From contig CM041465.1 of the NCBI GenBank assembly GCA_023213395.1, forward strand, positions 131,943,741 to 132,007,740: DNA of 64,000 nt, read 5' to 3'. The notes beneath the pieces were generated by a model, which saw only the letters and a list, made by a program, of their open reading frames with translations, made no database searches and was not told the DNA's origin. Each line of letters starts with the position of its first letter. Position 1 is the stretch's first letter. Positions 28,052-40,600 of this stretch are shown here, piece after piece. Both the position numbers and the translations under genes were made by a program. Source of the DNA: Cycas panzhihuaensis (lineage: Eukaryota > Plantae > Cycadophyta).

Positions 28052-28672
28052 TGTTGGATATTGTGACAACAATATTTTAGGGCTAAAATTTTGGCATGTT
28101 TTCGGCACGGTTTCCCCCCCAATCTTTCTCGGGGTTCCATAAGGTGGAGCCCCTTGGTGCGGGGGCGTGGAACGCCTCCCGCTAAGAGGGGGTTCGGGGG
28201 TGATAGCCCCGACTTGAAAAATTAGCCCTGTAAACCTTATTAAATTGTAAAGAGAATCAGGGTTGTTCGATACAAATACCCTAGATTCTAGGGCTAAGAT
28301 TTATGCCTTGGATGTTCCTCTCATGTAGCCCGTTTTAGGGCTTTTCTTATTATGTTGTAATGTAATGTACGGTGAAGAGGGCGGCGACTGGTTGTTGTTC
28401 TAGAGAGCATTCTGCTACCGAGATAATGTTTCTCCATTCCAAAGCAATAAAGATCGATACCTTTCCTGTGTGGATGTTTCCCTAGCACACTGCTAGGGTT
28501 TTACCACGTTATATCGGGTGCATATGTGATGTTTAGCTTGTATATTGATGTTATTGTATTATCTCTGTTTTGAGAACTCGCATGTTAAATCTTAGTTTCG
28601 ATTCCTGTAACTAGTTGCAAAATAGTTCAGATCTTGTGGCGGTTTAAGGTTTAGGGCCTTGTAATTTCAACA
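28052..28672 (+). repeat. 3' LTR of the Tork-like copia (621 bp)
   Basis: Follows the PPT; carries a ~20-bp GC-rich segment absent from the 5' LTR. Confidence 0.95.
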
Positions 28673-30987
28673 GCATAATCCTTAACCAATCCAAACGACG
28701 TCTAGTACTAGACTTCCAAAAATTTGTGAATATTTTTTAAAAATAGATATAATTTCGGAAAAAACAACTAGATCATTACACAACCAAATGGGCATTACCT
28801 TAAGTACATATGAACCACAGTTAGTTTTAAAAGTTGTTTTTTGTTGATCTTCTTCTGCAATTTTTACTTGGTTATATCCAGAGAAACTATTTATGAATGA
28901 GTGTATTTCTTCGTCTATTACATTTTCTAATACTTATTCAATAAATGGTGCCGGAAATGGATCTTTCTTTGTTACTTTATTAGTGCTAAAAGATCTACAC
29001 ATGTCCTCAATTTACCATTCTTTGTTTTGGCTATCACTATTGGATTTATCGAGTCATTGTTTTCTATTGGATAAACGCATCAATATTAATAAGTTTCTCA
29101 ATTTTCTCCTATATATTTTTTTTTTGTATTTGGGGTTCAATTTATCTGGCTTTTGTCTAACTGACTTTGCTTCATCTCCTAATTCAATTTTCATCAATCC
29201 AACATGTTCTAGAATCCCCTTTAGATCTTTAAAATTCTATGTAAGCAAATCACACTTTTTTTTTGAAGAGGATGTGTCTTTGGGAGACCTCATCATTTGT
29301 TCATTCTTCTTTGCCAATGTGGATGTCTTTTGGATCATTTTTTGTATTGAGGTTGATTGATTTCATTCAAGGTGCTTTCCATACATGTTGTTGACATGGT
29401 GTGCTGGATCTTCCTTTATAGATCTCATTTCATTACCTATTTGTTTAAAATGTTATTGAATATCCTCATTAGTTAGTTTATCGACCTTTGCTACATGATA
29501 TTAGGATACCTCCATCTTTTGTAGTATCTTACTATTTCAAATTATTGTCGTTTGGATAGAATAGAATAGAAAATTTTTAATTTTCTACAATATGATATGA
29601 ATTGATACCCTTTTATTTGAAAACTAAAATGTTTTTTGGAATTGATTCTTCATATATGTTCAATTAATCGTTCGACGTTGTCTCTCCATATCCAGACACC
29701 AAGCATAAGTGATTTTTCCTTGGGTAGCTATGAACAAGTGCAGCCAAAATTCTTTTGGAGTTGTACTGTTCTTTCAAAAAGCTTGCCACTACGTCAATGC
29801 AATTCCTTTTAACATTTGTGCCCAACATTGCGTGATGTCTATACATTCATTTTCCATTGCATTGATTTTTGTATAAAAAGCATCTAGGAATTGTAGTGGG
29901 TCCTTTGTTTCATCATAAGTAATGACATTAGTACATCTTCTATGGCATCTTGGCTTTTCAGATTTGTTGTTTCAGTTGTAATAGCTTGCATGCTGAAGTA
30001 AGATTGATATTGTTCATATCTTTCCTGTTGCCATGCTTGTATTACATCTTTAGACTTTGTTGATTGTGAATCCATTGCATTATATCTTTCAAGCATCCTT
30101 TGTAGTAGGATTAACTAACTCATCACTTGCTACTTGGTAGGGATAGTTGTCCTTATATTATTCTTGAGCTAATTCATTTTCAGTGGAGACAAAGGCACTG
30201 CCTCGTTGAATTTTTAAAATCTCTTGTCCAGAGGAACATTGACAACTTAGTTTCCATGTTAGAATATCAATCATTAGCAATCTAGACAAAGGGTTCTCTT
30301 CATTTTTCTTCGCCATGTCTACCTAGAGTTAAAATAATGATCATTTTAATTTATTGTTCTATTTTGTACTATAAGAAAATTCTTTATTTGTACTTTAGTT
30401 GAAAGGGTTGGCAAGTCTTGCATAACAAACATTTGTCATTTATGCATGTAAGAACTTGTTGTACATATGTATGTTACTTCATCATGATAACTCATTCAAT
30501 ACAAGTAACATTCTTTCAATGAAGTGTGTTGAGTCATTAAGTCCTTGCATAGTGACATTTGGTTGCTGAACAATGATTCCCTCTTAGCATTCATACTAGA
30601 TGGTTGCAGCACATTACATTTGCCCACATTTGATCCAAGTTGAATTTTTTCACTTGATCATTCAATTAAGCTTGTCCCAGAGTATTCCCTCTTTGGTGGT
30701 GATTGCTATTAAACTGCTGTGAAGCAATTTTTGAAATTATCATTCTTGTAAAATTTTCTTAAGGCTAGATGCTAACAGAGAAAGTTGTATAACATTTGAG
30801 TAAACCCTGATAAAAGTGGCTCTAAGATGGTTTGTGTTTTTTAAAGGAAAATAAAATATTATTTTTGGGTATGTCATGACAAGGACCTAATTCTTTGGCC
30901 TCTCAAAAGCTGATTCCTAATTTCTTACCACCCTCTGATCCCTTTCTATGGTTGCAATTTATTCTCTCCCCGAGCAAGACAAGCTCA

Positions 30988-32912
30988 ATGGAGAAAATAA
31001 TTATAGGACTTGGAAAAAAAAATGAAGTGCATATTGATGGCCAAGAATGCATGGAAAATAATGGATGACAATGCACAAACTCCAACTAACGTTGATGAGA
31101 TAAAAAGCATGAAAAAAAAAGACAGAATTGTAGCAGTAGCAATTTCTCTCTCAGTTGTAGACCACATTCTTCCACATATCTCTAAGATAATGGCTTCTCA
31201 TGAAGCACAGGTCATCATGTAATCGATTTTGAGCTCAAGAACACAACAAGGATCATACACATGAAGGAAGCTTTGTATAACATTAAGCTAAAAGAAGGAG
31301 AAATAGTAGTAGACTTCCTAACTAAAATAAAAGAAATCAGAGAACAACTAGGCACTGTAGGAGAAAAGATTAAGAATAAAGAACTAGTGCAACTCACACT
31401 AAATAAACTTCCTAGGTCATTTGAAAATTTGGTGACTCAACTCACCATTTCAAAGATTGTAGACACCATGACTTTTGAGGAGTTAAGTGGTCCTATGCTA
31501 CATTAGGAGCTTAAGAACAAAAAGTATGATGATGAAATTAAACTAGAAGGCCTTTGCTTCAAGACTCAAATTAAAAAGCCCCAAGGTTGAAGCTCCTAAA
31601 GAAGAGATCATCAGGGCAAAGAAAAGGAGTTGCTACTCTTGTGGGAAACTAGGACACATCATTAGAGATTGTAGAAAAAGGAAATTTGACATACAAAAGT
31701 GAAAGATACTATAGTAATTTGACATACAAAAGTGAAAGAGATACCATGGTAATATTTCAGAGGAGAAAGAAAATGAAGAAGAATTTGCCTTTGTAGTTGC
31801 ACTCTCCACCAAGATTGCTTCATTAGATAACTGGTATATTGATTTAGGAACATCCATGTACATGACATCTCAAAAAGATTGGTTTGAAAGCATGGAGGAT
31901 AATCATGGAGGTTGTGCTATTGAACTTGGAAATAACACTAGACACCTTATTAAGGGAAGATGGGTCATTCCCATGAGAATGACAAATGGTGAAATCAAGA
32001 AAGTTGGAGATGTCCTCTTTGTTCTTGGTTTGAAAAAGAATTTGCTCTTTGTATCTCAAATGACCAAGAAGTAACTCGAAGTTGAGTTTAAAGATGCCAA
32101 ATGCCTAGTCAAAGACAAAAGGCAAAACCTTAGAATCATTGCTAAAGGGAAAGAAGAAAATAGACTTTATAAATTCATGGGAACTCCTGCCTTGCAAGTC
32201 TATCTTATAAGTAGTGGAAATTCTATCAATGAAACCAGGCAATTGAGATATGGGCACTTGCTTATCAAAGTTTGATTCAGTTGAAAAAATTTAACATGGC
32301 GAAAGGTTTGCCAAACATAGAAGGAAATGAAAAGATATATGAAGGGTGCATTCTTGGAAACAACACAAGAACAAACTTTTAGCATCCTCTTGGAGAGTGG
32401 TGAATGAACTAAAAATTGTTCACAGTGATCAATGTGGACCCATGAAAACTACATCTGTTAGAGGAGCAAAATATTTTATCACTTTGATTGATGATTTAAC
32501 AAGGAAAACTTGGTTTACTTCATCAAAAATAAATTTTATGCCTTTAATATTTTCAAAGAATTCAAGGCTTATGCTAAAATAGAATGTGGCAAGAAAGTCA
32601 AGATTCTCAGAATCGACAATGGAGGAGGATTCACTTCTAATGACTTCTAAAAATATTGCAAGGCCCATGGAATTAAGAGGCAATTGACCATAATTTACAC
32701 TCTTCACTCAAATGGAGTTGCTATAGAGAAAAATAGAACCATTATAGAAATGGCACAAAGCGTGCTAAAAGGAAAATGGGTGTTAACTGGCCTCTAGGCC
32801 AAGGCTATTAGCACTGTAATCTATCTCATCAATAGAAGCCCTACAAGAGTACTCAAAGGAGAGACTCTTGAAGAAGCTTGGACCAACGCAAAGCTAGAAG
32901 TCAATCATCTAA
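30988..32912 (+). pseudogene. Truncated Ty1/copia fragment (gag, PR, INT), Ivana-like; no LTRs found
   Basis: NYRTWKKKMKCILMAKNAW; LNKLPRSFE; CYSCGKLGHIIRDC; WYIDLG; VHSDQCGPM; RIDNGGGF. Ends abruptly inside integrase. Confidence 0.85.
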
Positions 32913-32972
32913 AGGAGTAGAGATAACAGCAAAGACAAGGTTGTCATTGAGGGTTAATATAGTATTGAAGGA

Positions 32973-34557
32973 ATGCCAAACATAAAGACACCAAAGATGG
33001 CGTCTTTTAGATATTTTAATGAAATTACCTTTAATCACCTAATATTTTGTGCAATGAGAGATGATGCCAAGCATCTCTGTCTCTTCAGAAACATGATTGA
33101 AGTAAGGACGATTATTGATGAAGATTATATTAAAGGAAGATTTGTTTGCACCTGGAGGGAAGTACCATTGGTTTGATACAAAGGACTTGATGCTAAAACT
33201 AAAACCTAGGGAGGGAGAACTAAAGAATTCCAAGAAAGATTCTAGAAACTAAGAAGTAATGAAGTGGTAGTTTAGCGTTAAGCGACTTGAAACAAAGGCT
33301 AGGAGAATCAGTGTTAGATCATGCTTAATAGAAAGGCTATTATGGCAGCGAATGTAGTAGATTGGAAAAATTGCTAGATTTTATGTTGGAAAGGTTCTTT
33401 ATGAATGGGTTATAGCCATGACCAAGGCTACCCATGGAGCAACACCCTAACAAATCATTTGTTGCATTAAGGAGCGGGTCTTTGAATTAGAAAAGGAGAT
33501 GGGAGTTTGAAGAAATGGGGATTCAGAATAGTACAATTAAGATGTAGCAAGATGACGTCTGAGAACTCCAAATGGAAAAAATTGTAAAAGTAGTATTGAA
33601 AGAGGAAAATTTGGAACTGGAAAACTTATGAAAGGAAATGGTAGAAATGAAACTGGTGATGAAAAAGAAAATAAAAAAAAAGTGGAAGATAGGCCAAGCA
33701 ACAATTGGTGCACTGGAGCAAGTATAGATTCCAAATGGTGTCACATATGTCAAACAACCGTACACTCTACAAAGGAATGTTATTACAATTCGAAAGGTAG
33801 CAATGTGAACAAAGAATCCAAGTGGTGCCACATATGTGGCATAGATACACATACCACTAACGAGTGTTATTTAAGTTTGAAGAATGTAAGGAAGGAGTTG
33901 AAATGGGGCTGCATTTGTGTGGAACATATACACACACCACAAAGGACTGCTATTATAACCCTAAAGGGAAGAGTACTTGGCATAGAGGTCGAGGGAGAGG
34001 AACTGAATCTTGCACAATTTATACAACAAAAATTGCAGACTAGTCCATGAAGAAAACTCTGGTGGGAAGATGCTTATTTTGTTTGGAGCTTGGGCATTAG
34101 AGGTCAAATTGCTTGTATGAAAAAGTTGGAGATAATAACACCTATGAATGCAAAAATTGTGGACCGTGTAATTACCATTTGAAAAATTGCTTGTCGAATA
34201 TGAGATCAAGTAACCTTATGTTGATTGTGCCTAACATAGTCAAGGCCATGAATCTACGAATAAGAAGTGGATTGATAACTAATCCTAATAAGGATGAGGT
34301 AGATTACCCAAAACCTAAGATTAAAATTGAATGCTTTGCCCAAGTGAAGAAGGTACTAGAGGAAGCTGTTAATGAAGTGGAAAAGAATAGCCCCGCCTTA
34401 CCCAAAGTATAGGCTAAGCAAGTATATAAAAGGAGGGAATCCCCAAAACAAAGTGAGGCCACTACAATAAGGAAACCATCAGTAACCGAAACTATACAAA
34501 TTGACATGACTAATCTATTTGAAAACATCCCCTTAGAAAACATTTCAAGGATGTTGA
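32973..34557 (+). pseudogene. Gypsy gag (copy 1) with multiple zinc knuckles; continues at about 42296-42420 after the copia insertion
   Basis: HLCLFRNMIEVRTIIDEDYIKGRF resembles the gag at 43400; knuckles WCHICQTTVHSTKEC and WCHICGIDTHTTNEC; reading frame resumes after the TSD. Confidence 0.75.
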
Positions 34558-35094
34558 TGTTAGAACCTTCATTCCTAAGCATTAAGTCTTGACCTTGTGT
34601 ATTAGTATTTTTGTCACTTTAGGCCCTTTATCCTAAAGCACTCATTTGTTTGATTAAAAAATTGTCTTTTGTCTTGTAGTGACTTTTCTCACATGTGCTT
34701 GTGAGAAGTCAACTTTTGTGGGCTCTATCCTTATCCTTTGAGATAGAAGAGTCCTAATCAGATTTGTCTCTTAGTGTTGATCAGTAACATGTGGAGAAAT
34801 CCTGATCGTCCAAACTCTTTTATAAGGAACCCTATTCTCATGTTTTGGTATGTAGTATTTTGAGTAAGAGTTATGCTGCTGTAAGTGTCTCTTGTAGGTG
34901 AAGTGTTGAGAGGAATTCTCCTTCATACTTGTATGTTGTGATAGGTTGAGTTGAAGTGCAATACTCCTCCCTATCATCTTTTATGTTGTATTACATCATT
35001 TCTTTAATCTAAGTGTATTGTCCTTCATATTTCAATGTCCTCTCTAGCTTCTCAATAGATTCTGGCACCTGTTTCAGCTCAATTTCGTCTTTCA
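34558..35094 (+). repeat. 5' LTR (537 bp)
   Basis: About 5 substitutions relative to 41759-42295. Confidence 0.96.
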
Positions 35095-37600
35095 ATTTGG
35101 TATCAGAGCTACAGTTTCTTGAGGAGCGGATTGGTGGTTTTGAATTTCTCCAAATCTGGTGACGATCTTCGCCATACGAAGGCGATCCAGTTGAAGCAAG
35201 GAGTAATTTCTTGAGGTTTGATGCTGAAGGACTTTGTCTACACTCATGACTTGCAATTTTTTTTTAAGAATCTTTAATGCAAAGTGTTGCATATTTATGT
35301 TTTTGGAGGACTAATTTTGTGGCTAGAAAAAGGGACGGTGATACTGAAATTTACACGTAATTGAGAGCTAATCTTCGTGCATTTTTGAGAATATTGTCGC
35401 TTTTGTAATCCTTGCTTTGATTTTTGCCAAAAGCTTTGTGAATAAACAGATTCTATTATAGCTACAAGGGAGAAAAGGCGGCTGGTTATAAGATTCCTCA
35501 TTGCTATTGTTGAGGATTAAAAATTTTACAAAGAACTTTTTATTTGAAATTATCTTCATTAAAGAGGATTTGTATTAAATTTTTTTTTGTGGAGCCCCTA
35601 TGTTGGACAACCCTTTTTGAGCCAATAGGTGGCTGGTTCACTTTATCACTGATTAAAAAAGAGGGAAGAAACTGCGATAGTTGTTGATACATAGAGTGTT
35701 TGAAAATCTGCCTTCAATTTTCTGTGGTTATTTCACATTTCGTAGAGGTTGTTTTAAGCATTTTCCTTGTGATACAAGTCAATTAGTTGGAGTTGATTTT
35801 CTAGTCTTTGAATCTTGTGCAACAAAAGTAAAATTTGCAAACAAAGCAACAGAATCCCCAAGTTTCTGTAACCCCTTTAGGTCAATGAGTAACCACCATC
35901 TAAACCTCAAGTGGTTTTTATCAAAAGCAGCTCTGTAGCTCTCCCTAGCTCCTGTTGGCTTGTATTCTGCACAGCTAAAGGGCTCTTCTCAGCGCCCGCA
36001 TCTTTGTGTGGCAGGACTTATGTGGACTATACTCCTTTAGACTCTGCACGTCCTTGGCTGGTAGCTCCCGTGGTAGCTACATCTCCTTGTGGTGCTCTCT
36101 ACTGTTATGGTGCGTGACTACACCTGTATTTGGCTCATCCATAGTCACACGACCCTCCTTGTGGTATTAGTGCGGCTTCCGCACTCTCATCTGTGGCTGC
36201 TCCGTCCCTGCCGTGCGACCTGCACTCTCTGTGGCTCCCTCATTGGCGGCTCCCGTATCTACTCCGTCCCATCTTCGGCTCCAGCATCTTCTGCTATGTG
36301 TGCTCCGTCCTCTTGTGACCTGCGTGGCTGCTCGGCGGCTACTCCGACGTGATACGACCTGCTCTCTACGGCCTGTGCTCCCGGCGGCTCTTCAATCCAC
36401 GACTCCAGTGTTCTGAGCAACCTCTTGGCATCTCGTACGTCTCCACGGCTTCACCGGTGGCGCCTGACTGCTCCTCATCTGGTGGCGCCTGCATATTCCG
36501 CCCACGGGAAATCCGCCCTAGTAAACACTTGTTCACGACCGTCATTTTGGACTTAAGAGAATTGAGTTAGATATAGTTTAATACTTTGGATTATATAATA
36601 AGGAATATGCTTTAAGCATATTCATTTTTTAATCTTTCTTTTAAACTTTAGACTTCTAAAGTTTGTTTTAAGTATTTGAACTTTATCTTAGTTCAAGCAT
36701 TGTAAGCACTCTTTAACACTTTGTTTAGTGTGTAAATCACAGTAATACACATAAAAAAATTTGCAATTTTTATTTTGAAATTAAAATCACTATTCTAAAG
36801 TGATTTTATTATGTTTCTTTTAAAAATTTACTCAATTTAATGACATTAAGTTCTTTAGTAACTTAAGTCATTAATGTTGAGTTAAAAGGTGATCAATTTT
36901 AAAGACTTTCAAAGTGTGTTAATCACACATTTTTTTGTACAAGTCTACTAAGTGTAATTTGGTGCTTGAAATATCAACATTTTCGGCTTATTTTAAGCCT
37001 TAAATTATATCATTTAAAGGCTCTTTTTCTCACTGGGCTCCCTGTGAGGTGACCCATTTTTAGTCATAATCAACATCATCAAAAAGGGGGAAAAGATCAA
37101 TAAAAAGCTGCAAATTTTTGGTGCGTAGGGATCATTTTTTTGATCCCAGGTGTTCTTCGTGGACTTGCTTCATTATTGGCTTGATTGAGGGCATTAAACT
37201 GAGGTGTTTTTGTTGCTGTTTATCTCTTTATGAGATTGTTATTTGAACTTAGTTGCATCATTTGATATCCAACGCAACTATTGTAATTTGAACTCTTTTT
37301 CGACTAAGTTTATCAGCAGCAAACATGCCTTCAAGCACACGTTTTTCAGCACTAGAAACAACCCACTTTTAATCATTAAAACACTTAAGTGGGGAGGCTC
37401 GAAAAGAGTTCATACTCTGCCTCAAAGTGCCGATAACTTGGCCAAAGCTGATCTTGCTATCAGGTTGGAAAAACTTGCGAGCCAAGTCCTCCATTCCATC
37501 CACAAATTTTTCAGTTTTGTACTGATATTTTTGGATATTGAGTGGAACTTAAGCGGCGTCAACTCAAAAGTTCCTGTGTTTCATCCGCATCGCAATCAAA

Positions 37601-40600
37601 ATGGTGACTTAGATGCTAAATGCAAACACCATTAAATTGACAGGTGCTGAAAATTATCTCATTTGGAAGAAGCAAGCAAAAAACTTGTTGATTATGAACG
37701 AATTATGGGGTTATGTATCCGGCAAAATCGCCAAACCTGAACCCACTCTTGATTCTGTTAATCCTCAAAATTTGATTCCAGTAGATCCTGTTGCATTAGC
37801 TTCCTTCAAAGCTAAAGATGAGGTTGCACTCGCTTTTATTCATCTGTCAGTTAGTAACAATGTTGATCAAAATATTGAATCTGTTTCAACTTCAAAAATT
37901 GCTTGGGATATAATCGTTTTATTATATGAACGAAAAGATGACGCACGAATTGTTATATATAAAACAAAATTATTCAGTTTGAAGTATGTTGCTCCAATGG
38001 CAACCTGCTTATCTTCAATTAAGGCTATCAGTAATTAACTGACAACACTTGGCAAACCAGTCACAAACGAAGACCTGGTTATTGCAACAATTCATGCTTT
38101 GGTTTTATTTTTGACATTTCTCGAAATGGAACTTTGTCCATTCTAACTTTCAATGAGTTAGAACGTTTATTGCTGCAAGAAGAAGAAATTTATTTGCGGC
38201 AAGATGAAGCAAGCACATCTGGTGCTTTCTCCACAAAATTCAAACCCAAGTAGCAATTCTAGCCCAAGCAGAATTTTCTCAGAAAATTTGGCAGTCTTAA
38301 CATAAAATCAAAGACTGTCGTCTTTCACTATTGTGGCAAAGTTGGCCACATCGAACCTGACTGCAGAAAACGTCAATATGATATGCAACAACTACAACAA
38401 CAACAAATTCAACGTCAACAGAATTTTCGCCGCAATGTAATCAACATCGATGACAGCAACATCAACGTCAGCAGCAACAAGGACCAACTCGAGGTGCATT
38501 TTGAGGTGGTCGACAACGAAGGACGAATCGTGGTGGTTTTCAAGGCTACATAGCACAACATGATCCAAGTGACATGACCTTTTTCGCATATAGTGGCAGT
38601 CATAATGATAATACTTGGATCATTGATTCTGGTGCATCACGTCACATGACAGGTGATGCAAACATATTATCAAATTTTCAAGAATGTCAGGGAGAAACAA
38701 TGACATTCGGGGACAATGCCACTGTCGAAATATCTGGTGTAGGACAAGTTACACCTCTTGATTAGCATTCTGCATTCCCTAGTGGAAATGTTTTCTTAGT
38801 TCCTGGAATGCTTAAAAACTTGCTTTCTGTCAGTCAGCTTGATAAGCAACAGATGAGTGTGCTATTCAAAGACAGAAAGTGTATTATCAGGAACAAAGAC
38901 GACCAGATAGTTGCAGTTGGTCATGAAGATTGTGGCCTCTACAAATTAGGCACAACATCTAGATCATCTCATGCATATGTCTCCCATTTTGTAAATAAAA
39001 CTCAACTGTGGCATGAAAGACTTGGACATCTGAATCTTGACAACATCAGGGAAATGTTCAGACATAATTTGGTTTATGGATTACCCAAAATTTCTGGGGG
39101 TAATTGCCTTTGCGAATCATGCCTTATGGGGAAGCAACATTGAGAACCTTTTGAGAAAGGTAAGGACTGGAGAGAGCAACATCCACTACAACTTGTACAT
39201 TATGACATTTGTGGTCTAATGACCACTCAGTCTCAAGGAGGATCATCATTCTTCATGACATTCATTGATGATTTCTCACATAAAGTGTGGGTCTACTTTC
39301 TAAAGCATAAGTCAGAAGCTTTGAACAAGTTTAAAGGATTTAAACTTGCAGTTGAAAATGAATCAGGCGTGCAGATCAAAATACTCCGAACAGATAATAG
39401 AGGTGAGTAGACGTCTAAGGACTTTAATCAATTCTATATCCAAAACGACATCAAACGCCAATTTTCTGCCCCTTACACACTGCAACAGAATGGTGTAGCA
39501 GAAAGAATGAACAGAACCTTGGTCAGTAGAGCAAAAGCTATGATCCATGCCAAAGGTCTCTCATTATCATATTGGGTAGAAGCATTGCATACTGTTGCGT
39601 GCCTGTCAAATTGCAGCTCGACTTCTGCACTTTCGGGTATGACATCCGAGGAGGCTTGACCGCGAAACCAACAACATCACTTACGAACTTTTGGATGCAC
39701 GGCCTATATGAACATTCCTCACGAGCAACGTCAGAAATTCGATGACAAAAGTCTCAAATGCATCTTTGTTGGATATGCTCCTGGCAGTAAAGCATATCGC
39801 TTGTTTGATCCTCTTACCAAAAAGGTGCATACTTCACGAGACGTTGTCTTTGCAGAAGATAATAGGGAGATCGACGTCAACATTCCTCATCTCTCCCTTG
39901 ACAAGGGCAAAACTGTTCTTAAAGAATCTGTCCCTTCATCTTCCTCAACACCTTGTACTTCATCCGCACCAGCTGCTTCTTCTTCCTCCTCATCTTCCTT
40001 AGTACCTTCATCGTGTCCTCCTCCTTCTTCTTCTGAGGTACAGCAATCACCTCCAACACAGGACCATGAAGCCACATCGACGAAGAAGCTACCCAAATGG
40101 TACATGCAAACTATTGCAGATTCATAGATTGTTGAAGGAAAATGACCATCCAAAATGCGGCCTTCACCCACTGTCAATTACGCACTTATAGTTGAAGTGC
40201 TTACTGCTCCTAAGCCTTCCACTTTTGAGGAGGCATGTATGCATTTAAAAGTGGCAGGCTGCCATGGATGATGAGATCCACTCCATATATCAAAATGACA
40301 CATGGGACTTAGTTGAGTTGGCACCTGGCAAACAAGCCATCAATTATAAGTGGATCTATAAAATCAAGTATAAGTCTAATGGTACTATTGAGCAACATAA
40401 GGTTTGCCTTGTTGCTAAAGGCTTCAAACAACAATAAGGCATTGACTACACCAAGACATTTACACTAGTAGCCAATATGAATACCATCAGGATTGTTATG
40501 GCCTTAGCTGCTCAATGCAAGTGGCCATTATATCAGATGGATGTCAAAAGTGCCTTTCTCAATGGCGATTTGACTGAGGAGGTCTACTTGGAACAACCTC

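Larger units (their letters stand above)
23416..28672 (+). mobile_element. Full-length Ty1/copia, Tork/Tnt1-like, degenerate
   Basis: LTRs 23416-24019 and 28052-28672 (TGTTG...CAACA); TSD GCATG/GCATA (1 mismatch); PBS TGGTATCAGAGCC at 24022-24034; PPT AAGGTGGAGA at 28041-28050. Confidence 0.96.
18000..30330 (-). mobile_element. Degenerate non-chromovirus Ty3/gypsy (PR end, spacer, RT, RH, INT, extra 3' ORF remnant), split by the copia at 23416-28672; boundaries approximate
   Basis: RT FSGYNQVKIAEEDQQKTTF near 28830-28890; RH FHVHVDASRLAI near 23000-23040; INT and C-terminal W-GP motif at 21350-22450; colinear with the plus-strand element at 43269-53337. Confidence 0.8.

Noticed and set aside
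31683-31750. 33-bp tandem duplication in the copia fragment (and a 25-bp one at about 51971-52031)
   Set aside because: Ordinary local duplications in dead coding sequence.
34771-34977. 68-aa ORF duplicated at 41972-42178
   Set aside because: Antisense ORF inside the LTR with a non-ATG start; duplicated only because the LTRs are.
37035-37045. Short match to miR160 (GGCTCCCTGT)
   Set aside because: Only about 10 nt and no precursor hairpin.
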